Source: Antedon mediterranea | Lineage: Eukaryota > Animalia > Echinodermata | Length of the DNA: 64,000 bases | Direction of reading: 5' to 3' | NCBI RefSeq assembly: GCF_964355755.1 | Contig: NC_092672.1 | Span: 38,880,437 to 38,944,436, forward strand | In this document: piece by piece, positions 26,592-40,200 of the stretch | How positions within the stretch are numbered: the first letter of the stretch is position 1 | Layout of the letters: each line of letters starts with the position of its first letter | The notes under the pieces: generated by a model | What the model saw: only the letters and a program-made list of their open reading frames with translations | Database searches by the model: none | Told to the model about the DNA's origin: nothing | Made by a program: the position numbers and the translations under genes

Positions 26592-27763
26592 GTAAGTAGG
26601 AAGGATTTGTTGTTATCCTAAACATAAAGAATATTGTACTTAAACATAATAAACAAACTGAAACAAGTGCTGATTGTCATCTTGAACCAATATTGAAATG
26701 AATCCAAATTTGTAAATGTATCTTCTTCTGTAATAGGTCTTGTGTGATATTCTCTGCTTTTAGTTTGTGAAAATTGATTTTCCACTTAGACGTGTGATTA
26801 ATAGATTCAAAGCATTTATTGTGCAAACACCAGGAAGTGTTTCTGTCTCCTAATGTATTTTACAGGTTTTAGTATTAACAATTAGAACATATACTAGAGT
26901 TTATTGGGTTTAGAAATTCAACAAATAATTTAGACCAGCTGTTGATCTGATGGTTGTTTGTCTTTCTGTTTTAAACTTGTATTAAACCTACTGACGATCT
27001 ATAAAAGGGGTGGTACAGTACGTCCATATTAACAAATCAAACATTCTCAACTGGTGTGGTAATTTCAGAGTTTTTGGCTCATTTATTTAAAATTAGAATA
27101 ACCAATTATGTACAGGATTTATATAATAGCATGGAGTAAAGTTTACTCCATGATAATAGTAAATAAAGTTTAATATTTAATGCAGGCTTATGAGGCTCTA
27201 TTGGCATATCTTTAACTGCAGTTTGATTTTGAAAGTTTTACATTGACATTTAAAACCTAATGTGAAGTTGAATACATCAATCAATCAATATTTGGGAACT
27301 TTCAGTTTGTTAAATTAATTATGTAGAACCTCAATATCATAATTCAATACATGTAAGTCCTTCAGAAACATAGTCACATAGTGATAAGAGATTTTAAGAA
27401 AAGAAACAGAAACTTGATGGACATCTGATTGGCTTCTGTATTATTTCACCTGATTGGCTTCTGTGTGATGAGCAACTTGTACATATTACAACATTGAACT
27501 TTCACAATTTTATAATTACATTAAAGTAATTTGTAACTAATATGATTCACACTGATTACCAATGTTTTAAACTCCCCAATTCTTTCTGCACATTCACTTT
27601 GATACTGTTGGCTGTGACATTTAAAGTGAAGTACACTAACATTATTATTGTGTATGCATTTGGTGTCTTAGAAGTGAAAACATCTTTAAGAATAAATTTT
27701 TAGTAGTAAACCATTCAACATTTTAATTTATTTACTATTTATTTTTTCAGATCATTGATAGCA

Positions 27764-30018
27764 ATGCCAAGTTTATATGACATTACAAATAATGAAACAT
27801 TCAACTCCTCAACAATGAACTCAGTGCCACCAACTACCGGTGTCAGCGGTATGAACTTTTCTGAAGTGCCACCAATGACCGGTGTCAGCGGTATGAACTT
27901 GTCTGAAGTGACAGCAGCAACCGGTGTCAGTGGAATTTACTCAAAAGTTTACTTGAATTTTCTAATAATTTCAATCATCATTCTTATGATTATAAGCATG
28001 TTTGGAAATACAATGATTATTCTAGCAACTATATTTTACAAGTCTATGCGAACAAAAACAAACATTGCTATTTTAAATCTGGCAATTGCAGACATAGGAG
28101 TAACAGTATTGGCTATGCCTGTTTCATTAGTGTCTGTAATTAAAAATGGCGAGGATTGGATGTCACCTACTCTTTGTGATATAAACTCATTTTGTAATGC
28201 CTTATTTCTTATTGCATCTGTTCACAGTCTCATGTATATAAGTGTGCATAAGTACTTTTCTCTTGTGAAACCACTTAATCGTTATGTTACAAAAAGACGA
28301 ACAATAGTCATGATAATTGTTGCATGGTTGACAGGTATTGCATGTGGAATTGGCCCAATTTTTGGATGGACAACCAATGAATTTAAACATGAACAGGGAG
28401 CAACCCAGTGTGGACCACAATACCCAGAAACTCCATTGCAAAAATCTCACGGAATATTTGTGTTTGCAGTTGGATTATTTGCACCATTAGTAGTTTTGTT
28501 CTTTACGTACACAGCAATATTTGTTGAAGTTCACCGGTTTTCAAATCGACTGCTTAATAATACTAGTATGGCAGAAATGAGGATAGTTAAACAGAAAATA
28601 CGAATTACAGTTACTTTATTTATTATTGTGGTGGCGTTCTTAATTTGTTGGTTACCGTACATGACGTATGTAACATGGGCGATCATCAAAGGATATGAGA
28701 GCATTCCTATATGGTTCAACTCATTTGCATACTGGTCTGGATATCTTAGCTGCGCCCTTAATCCAATCATATATGCATGGAGGACAAAGACATTTCGAAC
28801 AGCCTTTCTGAATATATTGCGTTGCAAGTCTAAAATGGACAAAACAAAAATAACAGGTATAATGTATACAATTGTTTACATATAAAAAAAAAGTATAGTA
28901 GTTGGTCTAATGGAGTGATAAAGATGATGTAAAATAATGCATCTTTTTCAGGTTAAATTCAATAGAGGATTGGTCCAGCTTCTCTGTGTTCAACAATTTC
29001 ATAACATTTATTTAGGCGGACATATCATTATTACTCCATTACTTAATCTAAATCGTTGGGACTGAATAGTAATGTTGACCCCATTGACATTTTGTACTGT
29101 AGCAGTTGTAATTAAATCATCATCATTTCTTTTATCTTATGACAAGCAAGCATTTCAAGACAAGGTGAATTATGATTGCAGACTCTGTTCCTATATATAT
29201 TACAGATAAACAAATGTCAAGATCTACTTTCAAAAAATCGTAATATAAATCTTTAAGAGCAAACTAATTTGCTGTGAAAGTTAGATATTTATGAAGTTTA
29301 TTCATTGTTTCACTAATCATTTCATCAATTCATTCAGTTTATTTTGTGTGAAAATAGAATCTAAAATCATGTTAAAATGTTGTACCGTTGTATTTTATGT
29401 TAATATGTTGTATTTTACTTTTGCACTAATATTCATCTACGACATCATCTCCATATCTCTATTTACATTTTATAAGTCTTAATGTCTCAACCGTTTACAG
29501 TGTACTGCTACAGCTAGTCTAGTTTACATTGAATGGTCTGAATGTATTAACAAATCGCCCAAAGATACTCAACTCATTTATTGTCTCTTTATATTACAGC
29601 CGAGTTGTCACCTCACTTTCCAAAGAAATACAAAATTGTTGGTGCATTAGTGCCTGGATATCCTACCATCATCAACCACCAGCAAACTGACTTAGGTATA
29701 GCAAATGGAGCTGACCTCAGAGGTCATCCAGAAGATGTCAATGATGACCACACAAATGACCCAACTGATAAAAGAATGTTCAATTCCTTCAGACTCAGTA
29801 GATCTTCTAAAAAATCAACCAAAAAAGAAGATTGCAAAAGATTATTTAGGAAGCATGACAAACTGTGCAAGGAAAATATTCAGATGGAAATTATTGATCA
29901 CCGAGAACTTGTGCGGACGGTTTTCTCATGTCCAGCAGGCACATTTGATAGTCCAAAACATGCATCGACCAGATGGCCTTTTAGTGGTCTAGATATTCAT
30001 AGACAATGCAGTATTTAA
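27764..30018 (+). CDS. Class A (rhodopsin-like) GPCR, orphan/aminergic-like, 503 aa: 27764-28856, 29600-30018
   Basis: Seven hydrophobic segments; GN, LAIAD, TM3 Cys, CWLP, NPIIY motifs; phase-1 GT-AG intron joins the 29581 ORF as C-tail. Confidence 0.92.
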
Positions 30019-31256
30019 ATCAAATTTAGAGACAATTCAGACATTGATTTAACAGCCGTTATTAACATGATCCCTATCTAGAGCATTTCTAAGCCTATTG
30101 ATGGTATTGGAAATGTTGGTGACACTAATAATAATTTCACCTGATAAGATGGTGCATGGCATTTTTAGTCTGTGGTCTGGAATGCAGTATTGTTAGTTTG
30201 TAAATACACTATAAACAGAATTGAAAATACTATATAAACTACATCAGCAACTCAGAGACCACTGGAAATGGTATAAAGTATTTTTTAAATATATATTTGG
30301 TTGACCTCATTAAATATATAAAAAATAAAATCAGAAAATGCTCCAATACCATTTTGTCTTCTTAGCCATTTGTTCCCATAGACATTGTTACAAATATCAC
30401 ATATCCCAGTAGGCCTACTATTACTAAAACACTTATACGCAAAAAAAGAACGTTAGTATAGGTTGAATCAGTGTTTTAGAAATTGTGTGCAGAAATTTGA
30501 TTCAAATGACGACTTTACAATACTGACGACGTTATTTTATGACCGATTAATAGGCTATACATTTACAAGTTCACAGAGTCAATACAACAGTCAAGGCAAT
30601 CAAATACTGTTTGTAGAGCCTTTTGTGTTGTTATGAGTACGCGGTACTAGTTATTATTGGTTTTATTTCCTGTTGTTAGCCGATAATCTCATGATCTAAG
30701 TTACGTTGTTTGTTTTTTGTTTGTATTAACTCATACACAAACTGGTAGAATGAAATAGTTGTTGGATGTATTAATTCTGAGACGCTGACTAACTTTTCTG
30801 CCCCACCCTGCCTCGGGAATCTCCTGCCCCATACGTGATGATTTAATCCAGAGACTCACACACGCCTATGACACACCCCCAATTTGGACCAATCACATCG
30901 TAATAAACTTCTATTGCCATTGGGTATAATTATTAATAATAGTTTTGCCTGGTATTTCAGAGATTTAAAATGATGGTTGCCACTTTAATTTTATTTAATA
31001 TCACATGCTGCTCTCTACCACCTATTAATAGTATTTAATATTATTAACAACCCTATACAATGTTACACCATATACTAAACAATGAATGTATGATTCATGC
31101 CGTGTGTAATGCGCCATCGTGCGTTTTGTTATTTACCTCTGAGATAAGTAAACAGGATACATGCTGTTGTTGTTGTGAAGAAGAAATTTCACCTTTGGAG
31201 GATTAGTTTTTTGTAATTCATACATAAGTCAAACATTAATTTAGTTTACATACAAA

Positions 31257-34200
31257 ATGTTATCTTACTGTCGAACTGGGGCAGCAAGATGGACAAAATC
31301 AACGCAGCTGTTAGTGTTACCTTTTCAACGATCAAAGTCTTCAGCCCCAGCAGAGTCGAAGCTGATCGCCGCCGAAGAAGATTCACAGAACGTAGTAGTA
31401 GGAAGTGATGTTCGTTCGTCGGCCGCCGGAGGGACCCCGTTTGATAAACTAAACCTGGAATTTGACAGTCCTGAAGAGGCCTACAAAAGCAAATCGTTTA
31501 CTGAAATTCTTCGAGCTTTAGCTGTATTTAAATTATGTCAATTTGATATACTCGTTAATAAAAACAAGGAGGTACTTTATTCATAATTTTGTAGCTATTA
31601 CTTTTTAGTCCATCCTGTGGAGTAATGTAGGCCAGTATACCTGTCTGTAGAGTAGTGTAGTATTAAGTATATTACTTATTTATTAGGGTTACCGTGATTA
31701 GAGGCCAGGTAGAGGTGAAGGCCGATTTCATAGTTTATTATTAAAATAGACCCTAATGACAATTACTAGTTAGTTAGCCTAAATTCTAAATGTTGTTTAG
31801 ACTTAAAATAAAAATTACTATAGGAAAGGTAGTTAAAAATGAGTAAAATATAAAAGTAATTTTGGTCTTTAGAATATTAATTTTCACTTGTGTGTATATA
31901 AAAGCGGCTGTTTTGTGTGATCGTTCCTTCACTCACATTCATCAAGTGACAGTTGGCGTAGATAAATGTTTTCTTAATTTTCAGATTTTGAAGTTATCAA
32001 GACGTTTGCTAGGAAAGAGACTTTTTAACAATGTTATGCAAGCCACCTTTTATGGTCACTTTGTGGCTGGAGCTGACCAGCCATCTATCCAGCCAATAAT
32101 TACAAAACTGGAATCATTTGGTGTTGGTGCTATACTGGATTATGGTGTGGAAGAGGATATACCTCACAATGAGGCTGTTGTAGCTGAGATGGAGTAAAGA
32201 AATTTACAAATACTCTTTTCACACCTGCAAAAAGTAACACGTAATCAGGTTCGGATGTAGTGTAAAAACAATATTTTGGGAAATATTCTGAGATTTCGAA
32301 AAGGGACCCATATGAAATCTCAGGGAGAAAAACACTGATGAGAGACCTGTCCGAGATGTCCTTTTTACTGTATGTGCATGTATTGCCCTGGTATTATACT
32401 GACCAATCATAGTAATCAAATAGCGCGCAACTATGCTTTTTCTTGAGATTTCTCACGGTTTGTGAAAACGTAAATCAGGAGATCAAACCTGGTTACAACT
32501 TATAACAACTTATGCAGATGTGAAAAGGGTATTATATGTAGCTGTGTACATATTGGAGAAACTACTTTCATAGATTTTCAAAAACTGCTACTGCAATATG
32601 TTCCTTTTTTAGATTTACTATTAATGAATAAACATGGTACAACACATTTTGATATTTAATAGCACATATGGTCTTTGCTACTTTTTTATATAATAATACT
32701 GGTATATGTTTTTACCAATACTTTGGTTATTTAATTCAAAATATGTCTCTTAAACAAACATAACATACTACCGCTACTAGAATACCATTAGTACAGTATA
32801 TGATGAAAGAATTAAACTTAACATATTTTTACTCAAAATAGCATAAATATATTGTTAACCTTTACATACTATATTTTCTGCCCTGTTTTACCATCCATTT
32901 GTGGCTTTAACCTATCATAACAGAATCACAAGCCTTGCTTAAATATACAATATCTAGAAACTAACATATTTAAAGTCATCATAGATACTTCAAATAGCTG
33001 TGTTGTCCATGTTCCAACTAAATTTTCTTTATACAATACAGTATTTGATATTATATTTTAAACTGTTTTTTTTTCAGGTCATGTGTATCTGAAGCAGACA
33101 AAAAAGATCCAGGTATGGTATAACGAAATACATAGTATTAATATTGTTTTTAATATTAACTCAGTTTATTGCATTATTCAACTCTATCAAAACATATTTG
33201 TTGTGACCGTAAAATCAATTTATATTTAACATTAATCTTTCAGCAAACATTTTTATTGTAACATAACCTAGGTAACAGAAGGAGAAATTATATTGCTTGC
33301 ACTGCACAAGAAGAACAATTATATAATAAAATGAAAAGTAAAAACAGACTATTAATTTAATAATGAATGGTTGGCATTAAAATGTATTGTTTTCAAAGAA
33401 TGTTTGTTACATTGATAACTGACCTCATCCCTCTATGGTCTTTTGTGAATTTGATTTCTGCTGTTATCTCCCTAATGCACAGTATGGCCTTTGTCTTTGA
33501 TACAAAACATAATAACTCCTATATGGAAATGTAAAGTTCAATTTAACATACTGTACAATTCCATTGTAATGTAATATCCTAATTATTATCTTGTTTTTAA
33601 ATAGATATCCATAATGAAAAGTTCAAAGCTTATCCCCAGTTTGCTGACAGACGTAAAGATGTGTCTAGTGCCAGGACGTACTTCTACAAAGATGAACACA
33701 AATGTGATCAAAACCTGCAGACCCTTCTTCAGTGTGTTGATGCTTCTGGTATGTGACCTATCATAACATTTTAATCACAAATGTGATCAAAACCTGCACA
33801 CCCTTCTTCAGTGTGTTGATGCTGGTATGTGACCTATCATAACATTTTAATCACAAATGTGATCAAAACCTGCACACCCTTCTTCAGTGTGTTGATGCTT
33901 CTGGTATGTTACCTATCATAACATTTTAATCACAAATGTGATCAAAACCTGCACACCATTCTTCAGTGTGTTGATGCTGGTATGTGACCTATCATAACAT
34001 TTTAATCACAAATGTGATCAAAACCTGCACACCCTTCTTCAGTGTGTTGATGCTTCTGGTATGTTACCTATCATAACATTTTAATCACAAATGTGATCAA
34101 AACCTGCACACCCTTCTTCAGTGTGTTGATGCTGGTATGTGACCTATCATAACATTTTAATCACAAATGTGATCAAAACCTGCACACCCTTCTTCAGTGT

Positions 34201-37200
34201 GTTGATGCTGGTATGTGACCTATCATAACATTTTAATCACAAATGTGATCAAAACCTGCAGACCCTTCTTCAGTGTGTTGATGCTGGTATGTGACCTATC
34301 ATAACATTTTAATCACAAATGTGATCAAAACCTGCACACCCTTCTTCAGTGTGTTGATGCTGGTATGTGACCTATCATAACATTTTAATCACAAATGTGA
34401 TCAAAACCTGCACACCCTTCTTCAGTGTGTTGATGCTTCTGGTATGTGACCTATCATAACATTTTAATCACAAATGTGATCAAAACCTGCAGACCCTTCT
34501 TCAGTGTGTTGATGCTTCTGGTATGTTACCTATCATAACATTTTAATCACAAATGTGATCAAAACCTGCACACCCTTCTTCAGTGTGTTGATGCTGGTAT
34601 GTGACCTATCATAACATTTTAATCACAAATGTGATCAAAACCTGCACACCCTTCTTCAGTGTGTTGATGCTGGTATGTGACCTATCATAACATTTTAATC
34701 ACAAATGTGATCAAAACCTGCACACCCTTCTTCAGTGTGTTGATGCTTCTGGTATGTTACCTATCATAACATTTTAATCACAAATGTGATCAAAACCTGC
34801 ACACCCTTCTTCAGTGTGTTGATGCTGGTATGTTACCTATCATAACATTTTAATGTTTAAGTGTATTATTTCAAATACATTTTACAGTAATAATTCACTT
34901 GATTTTTTCCCATGCTTAAAGACCCCTTCCCTGCAATTTTGGACGTTTTTTGGAAAATAATACATATATATCACTTTAAAAACATTAAACCATGTCATTC
35001 CTTGTCTTAAATGTACGTTTTATGGTAAATTATGATAAAAAGTGAGAAACAATGCACTACCTAAGTAGCTCGCGGCGATCGACTTCTCGTGGACGGTCTT
35101 AGGCCTAGCCTAGCTAGGCTTAGTTTTGTAGGCCTAGCTGGTAAACATCGATAACGTACGAACATCGTACGCTAGCTATATACCTAGCCTGACGTTGCAT
35201 AGTTGCTGCATTAATTGTCTTTCTATTTTTGCCAGACTCCGTTGATACAAATTGGGGAAAACCCGGTATTTTCGCTGAAAAGTTAGGAGTCTTCCATTTG
35301 TTTTGGCTTCACGATCGATCGAAAAGTGGGCGAATTACAGGTGAAAAACAAAAATATCAATCCGCGCGCAATGCATTTTGGGATTTATAGCGGGCCGCTA
35401 TAATTATTAGAATCGATTTATTTTTCACATTTTTAACCGTTTAAAGACGAAAAAAGTTATTGCAATAGGACCATATAGTATTATTTTTACATTAAATATA
35501 GTTTGTGATCTTAAATTATATCTAAAAAACGTAGGGAATGGGGCTTTAACATTTGTGTTTTATTTCTAGGTGCATCATCTGAAAATGGCTTTGCAGCTGT
35601 AAAACTGACAGCCTTAGGACGCCCTCAACTCTTGGTATGTTTATATTTACTAATATAAGCATGTGATAGGCATTACACCAAAGAACTTATAACACAAGAA
35701 TCTCCTGTTCTTCAATTTGCATTCAAAACACAGTATCGGAAGTACAGGGTTAAAAGGTCAAACTGGGCGACGCCATTACACAGCATGGAGCAGCGCCCTC
35801 TCCAAACTAGGAAGTCAAAACTATTAATTCGCATAGAGGGCTCAGTCGATTACTCTATCCCCCTGTAGTATTAGCAGATTCCCTCTATGATTTTGACTTT
35901 CTAATTTGATGCGGGCGCGCTACTCCATGGCTCACAATGGCGCAACCCCCATTAGCTCTATTCTATCCTACAATGCCTTTCGAAATTGTTACAAGCTTTG
36001 GACGAACAGGAGATTCTCGTGTTATAAGTTCTTTGATTACACATTGTGATAGGCATTACACAGTGTTGATTATCATTACACAGTGTTGAAAGGAATGTTA
36101 CATTTTTAATTACAGTTAAACTTGTCAGAAGTGCTAACCAAAACACGTAATCTATTTGTGCAATTTGCCGGAACTCTAGGGAATCTTAAAGATAGGAAAT
36201 TAACCAAAGAACAATTTGAAGCCCAGTTACAAGCAATGGGGATTATTACAAGGGATAATTCAGGTGATTGGTTCACTTGGATGGATTATGACCAAGATGG
36301 GTAAGACACATGTTTGTTGTTATTAACAATAAGGATTATTACAAGGGATAATTCAGAGGATTGGTTCACTTGGATGGATTATGACCAAGATGGGTAAGAC
36401 ACTTGTTTGTTTGTTATTAACAATAGAGATTATTACAAGGGATAATTTAGAGGATTGGTTCACTTGGATGGATGACCAAGATGGGTAAGACACTTGTTTG
36501 TTGTTACTAACAATAGGGATTATTACAAGGGATAATTTAGAGGATTGGTTCACTTGGATGTATTATGACCAAGATGGGTAAGACACTTGTTTGTTGTTAC
36601 TAACAATAGGGATTATTACAAGGGATAATTCAGAGGATTGGTTCACTTGGATGGATTATGACCAAGATGGGTAATACACTTGTTTGTTGTTACTAACAAT
36701 AGGGATTATTACAAGGGATAATTTAGAGGATTGTGGTTCACTTGGATGGATGACCAAGATGGGTAAGACAATTGTTTGTTGTTACTAACAATAGGGATTA
36801 TTACAAGAGATAATTTAGAGGATTGGTTCACTTGGATGGATGACCAAGATGGGTAAGACACTTGTTTGTTGTTACTGACAATAGGGATTATTACAAGGGA
36901 TAATTCAGAGGATTGGTTCACTTGGATGGATTATGACCAAGATGGGTAAGACACTTGTTTGTTGTTACTAACAATAGGGATTATCACAAGGGATAATTTA
37001 GAGGATTGGTTCACTTGGATGGATTATGACCAAGATGGGTAAGACACTTGTTTGTTTGTTACTAACAATAGGGATTATTACAAGGGATAATTTAGAGGAT
37101 TGGTTCACTTGGATGGATGACCAAGATGGGTAAGACACTTGTTTGTTGTTACTGACAATAGGGATTATTACAAGGGATAATTCAGAGGATTGGTTCACTT

Positions 37201-40200
37201 GGATGGATTATGACCAAGATGGGTAAGACACTTGTTTGTTTGTTACTAACAATAGGGATTATTACAAGGGATAATTTAGAGGATTGGTTCACTTGGATGG
37301 ATTATGACCAAGATGGGTAAGACACTTGTTTGTTTGTTACTAACAATAGGGATTATTACAAGGGATAATTTAGAGGATTTTGTGGTTCACTTGGATGGAT
37401 GACCAAGATGGGTAAGACACTTGTTTGTTGTTACTAACAATAGGGATTATTACAAGGGATAATTTAGAGGATTGTGGTTCACTTGGATGGATTATGACCA
37501 AGATGGGTAAGACACTTGTTTGTTGTTACTAACAATAGGGATTATTACAAGGGATAATTTAGAGGATTGTGGTTCACTTGGATGGATTATGACCAAGATG
37601 GGTAAGACACTTGTTTGTTGTTACTAACAATAGGGATTATCACAAGGGATAATTTAGAGGATTGGTTCACTTGGATGGATTATGACCAAGATGGGTAAGA
37701 CACTTGTTTGTTTGTTATTAACAATAGGGATTATTACAAGGGATAATTTAGAGGATTGGTTCACTTGGATGGATGACCAAGATGGGTAAGACACTTGTTT
37801 GTTGTTACTAACAATAGGGATTATTACAAGGGATAATTCAGGTGATTGGTTCGCTTGGATGGATTATGACCAAGATGGGTAAGACACTTGTTTGTTGTTA
37901 CTAACAATAGGGATTATCACAAGGGATAATTTAGAGGATTGGTTCACTTGGATGGATTATGACCAAGATGGGTAAGACACTTGTTTGTTTGTTACTAACA
38001 ATAGGGATTATCACAAGGGATAATTCAGTAGATTGATTCACTTGGATGGATTATGACTTTATATTTCAGACTATTAAATATCTTTTTTTTTCTATGTTTC
38101 TTGATTTATAATTTAACAGAAAAATAGATCTTTTGGAATGGGAGGCATTGTTGCAACCAAATCACAGACTTCATAAAATATTTAAAATTCCAAACTTTAA
38201 GGTTAGTTCTTTTTTCAAATGTATATAGAAGTAGTTTGTATCAGCTGCTGCTTTTACAGATTTTTTTCGAGAATTTTTTCAACTTCCGTAAATTCTTGAT
38301 TGACACAGAAATGTTTAAGGTGATATTGTGAATAATTTTTTCGAACTTCCGACACCATAGTAAAATTAAGATAAACTTTACAAAATTCTTTTAGTTTTAG
38401 AATAGAAAGCAGTATAACATGTGTATCAACAAACTTGGCTACATCAAAAATGTATGTAAACATATTCTCCTTCAACATATCTTGTTAAATAATAATAATA
38501 ATAATAAGTTATTTTATTCTTCCAGACTGGGAAATTAGAACCATTGTTAATTTCTTTACCAGCAGAAGAGGAAGCACAGATGAAATCAATGTTACATAGA
38601 ATTAATAAGTTAGCTAAGGTAATTGTTTTAATTTCAAAATTCTAATATGAAAATTGCATTCAAAAAATATTTTGTGTGGTATTCAGTTGGAGAAGTGTAT
38701 TTTCTGCTAATATTAAATAAATAATAAATAAATTATGAAAGAGCCTTCCTTTTTTTAAATCTCAATATATGATGTTTACTCTCATGGAATAGGAATGTTT
38801 GTGCCACCAATTTTGAGGCTAAAAATGGGGATTTATATTACACTTGATTGTGGTCATACATACTTGTATCCACATTACCTTAAGATATTATGTAAAATGT
38901 TTATATATCCTTTATATATTATGTATCTATTTGTAGAGAGCAGAAGAAAAGAATGTTCGATTAATGATTGATGCTGAACAGTCATACTTTCAACCAGCCA
39001 TCAGTCGTTTAACAATTGAAATGATGAGAAAATTTAACAAGAAAAAGCCTGTTATCTTCAACACATACCAATGTTATTTAAAGGTACCTATAGTAGAACC
39101 TTACCTTTGAGACACCTATTAAGGGAATCTTTACTGTGAAATGAATAGTAGAACCTTACCTTTGAGACACCTCTATTAAGGGAATCTTTACTGTGAAATG
39201 AATAGTAGAACCTTACCTTTGAGACACCCCTATTAAGGGAATCTTTACTGTGAAATGAATAGTAGAACCTTACCTTTGAGACACCCCTATTAAGGGAATC
39301 TTTACTGTGAAATGAATAGTAGAACCTTACCTTTGAGACACCCCTATTAAGGGAATCTTTACTGTGAAATGAATAGTAGAACCTTACCTTTAAGACACCC
39401 CTATTAAGGGAATCTTTACTGTGAAATGAATAGTAGAACCTTACCTTTGAGACACCTCTATTAAGGGAATCTTTACTGTGAAATTAATAGTAGAACCTTA
39501 CCTTTGAGACACCTCTATTAAGGGAATCTTTACTGTGAAATGAATAGTAGAACCTTACCTTTGAGACACCTCTATTAAGGGAATCTTTACTGTGAAATGA
39601 ATAGTAGAACCTTACCTTTGAGACACCTCTATTAAGGGAATCTTTACTGTGAAATGAATAGTAGAACCTTACCTTTGAGACACCTCTATTAAGGGAATCT
39701 TTACTGTGAAATGAATAGTAGAACCTTACCTTTGAGACACCCCTATTAAGGGAATCTTTACTGTGAAATGAATAGTAGAACCTTACCTTTGAGACACCTC
39801 TATTAAGGGAATCTTTAATGTGAAATGAATAGTAGAACCTTACCTTTGAGACACCTCTATTAAGGGAATCTTTACTGTGAAATGAATAGTTGAACCTTAC
39901 CTTTGAGACACCTCTATTAAGGGAATCTTTACTGTGAAATGAATAGTAGAACCTTACCTTTGAGACACCCCTATTAAGGGAATCTTTACTGTGAAATGAA
40001 TAGTAGAACCTTACCTTTGAGACACCTCTATTAAGGGAATCTTTACTGTGAAATGAATAGTAGAACCTTACCTTTCAGACACCTCTATTAAGGGAATCTT
40101 TACTGTGAAATGAATAGTAGAACCTTACCTTTGAGACACCTCTATTAAGGGAATCTTTACTGTGAAATGAATAGTAGAACCTTACCTTTGAGACACCTAT

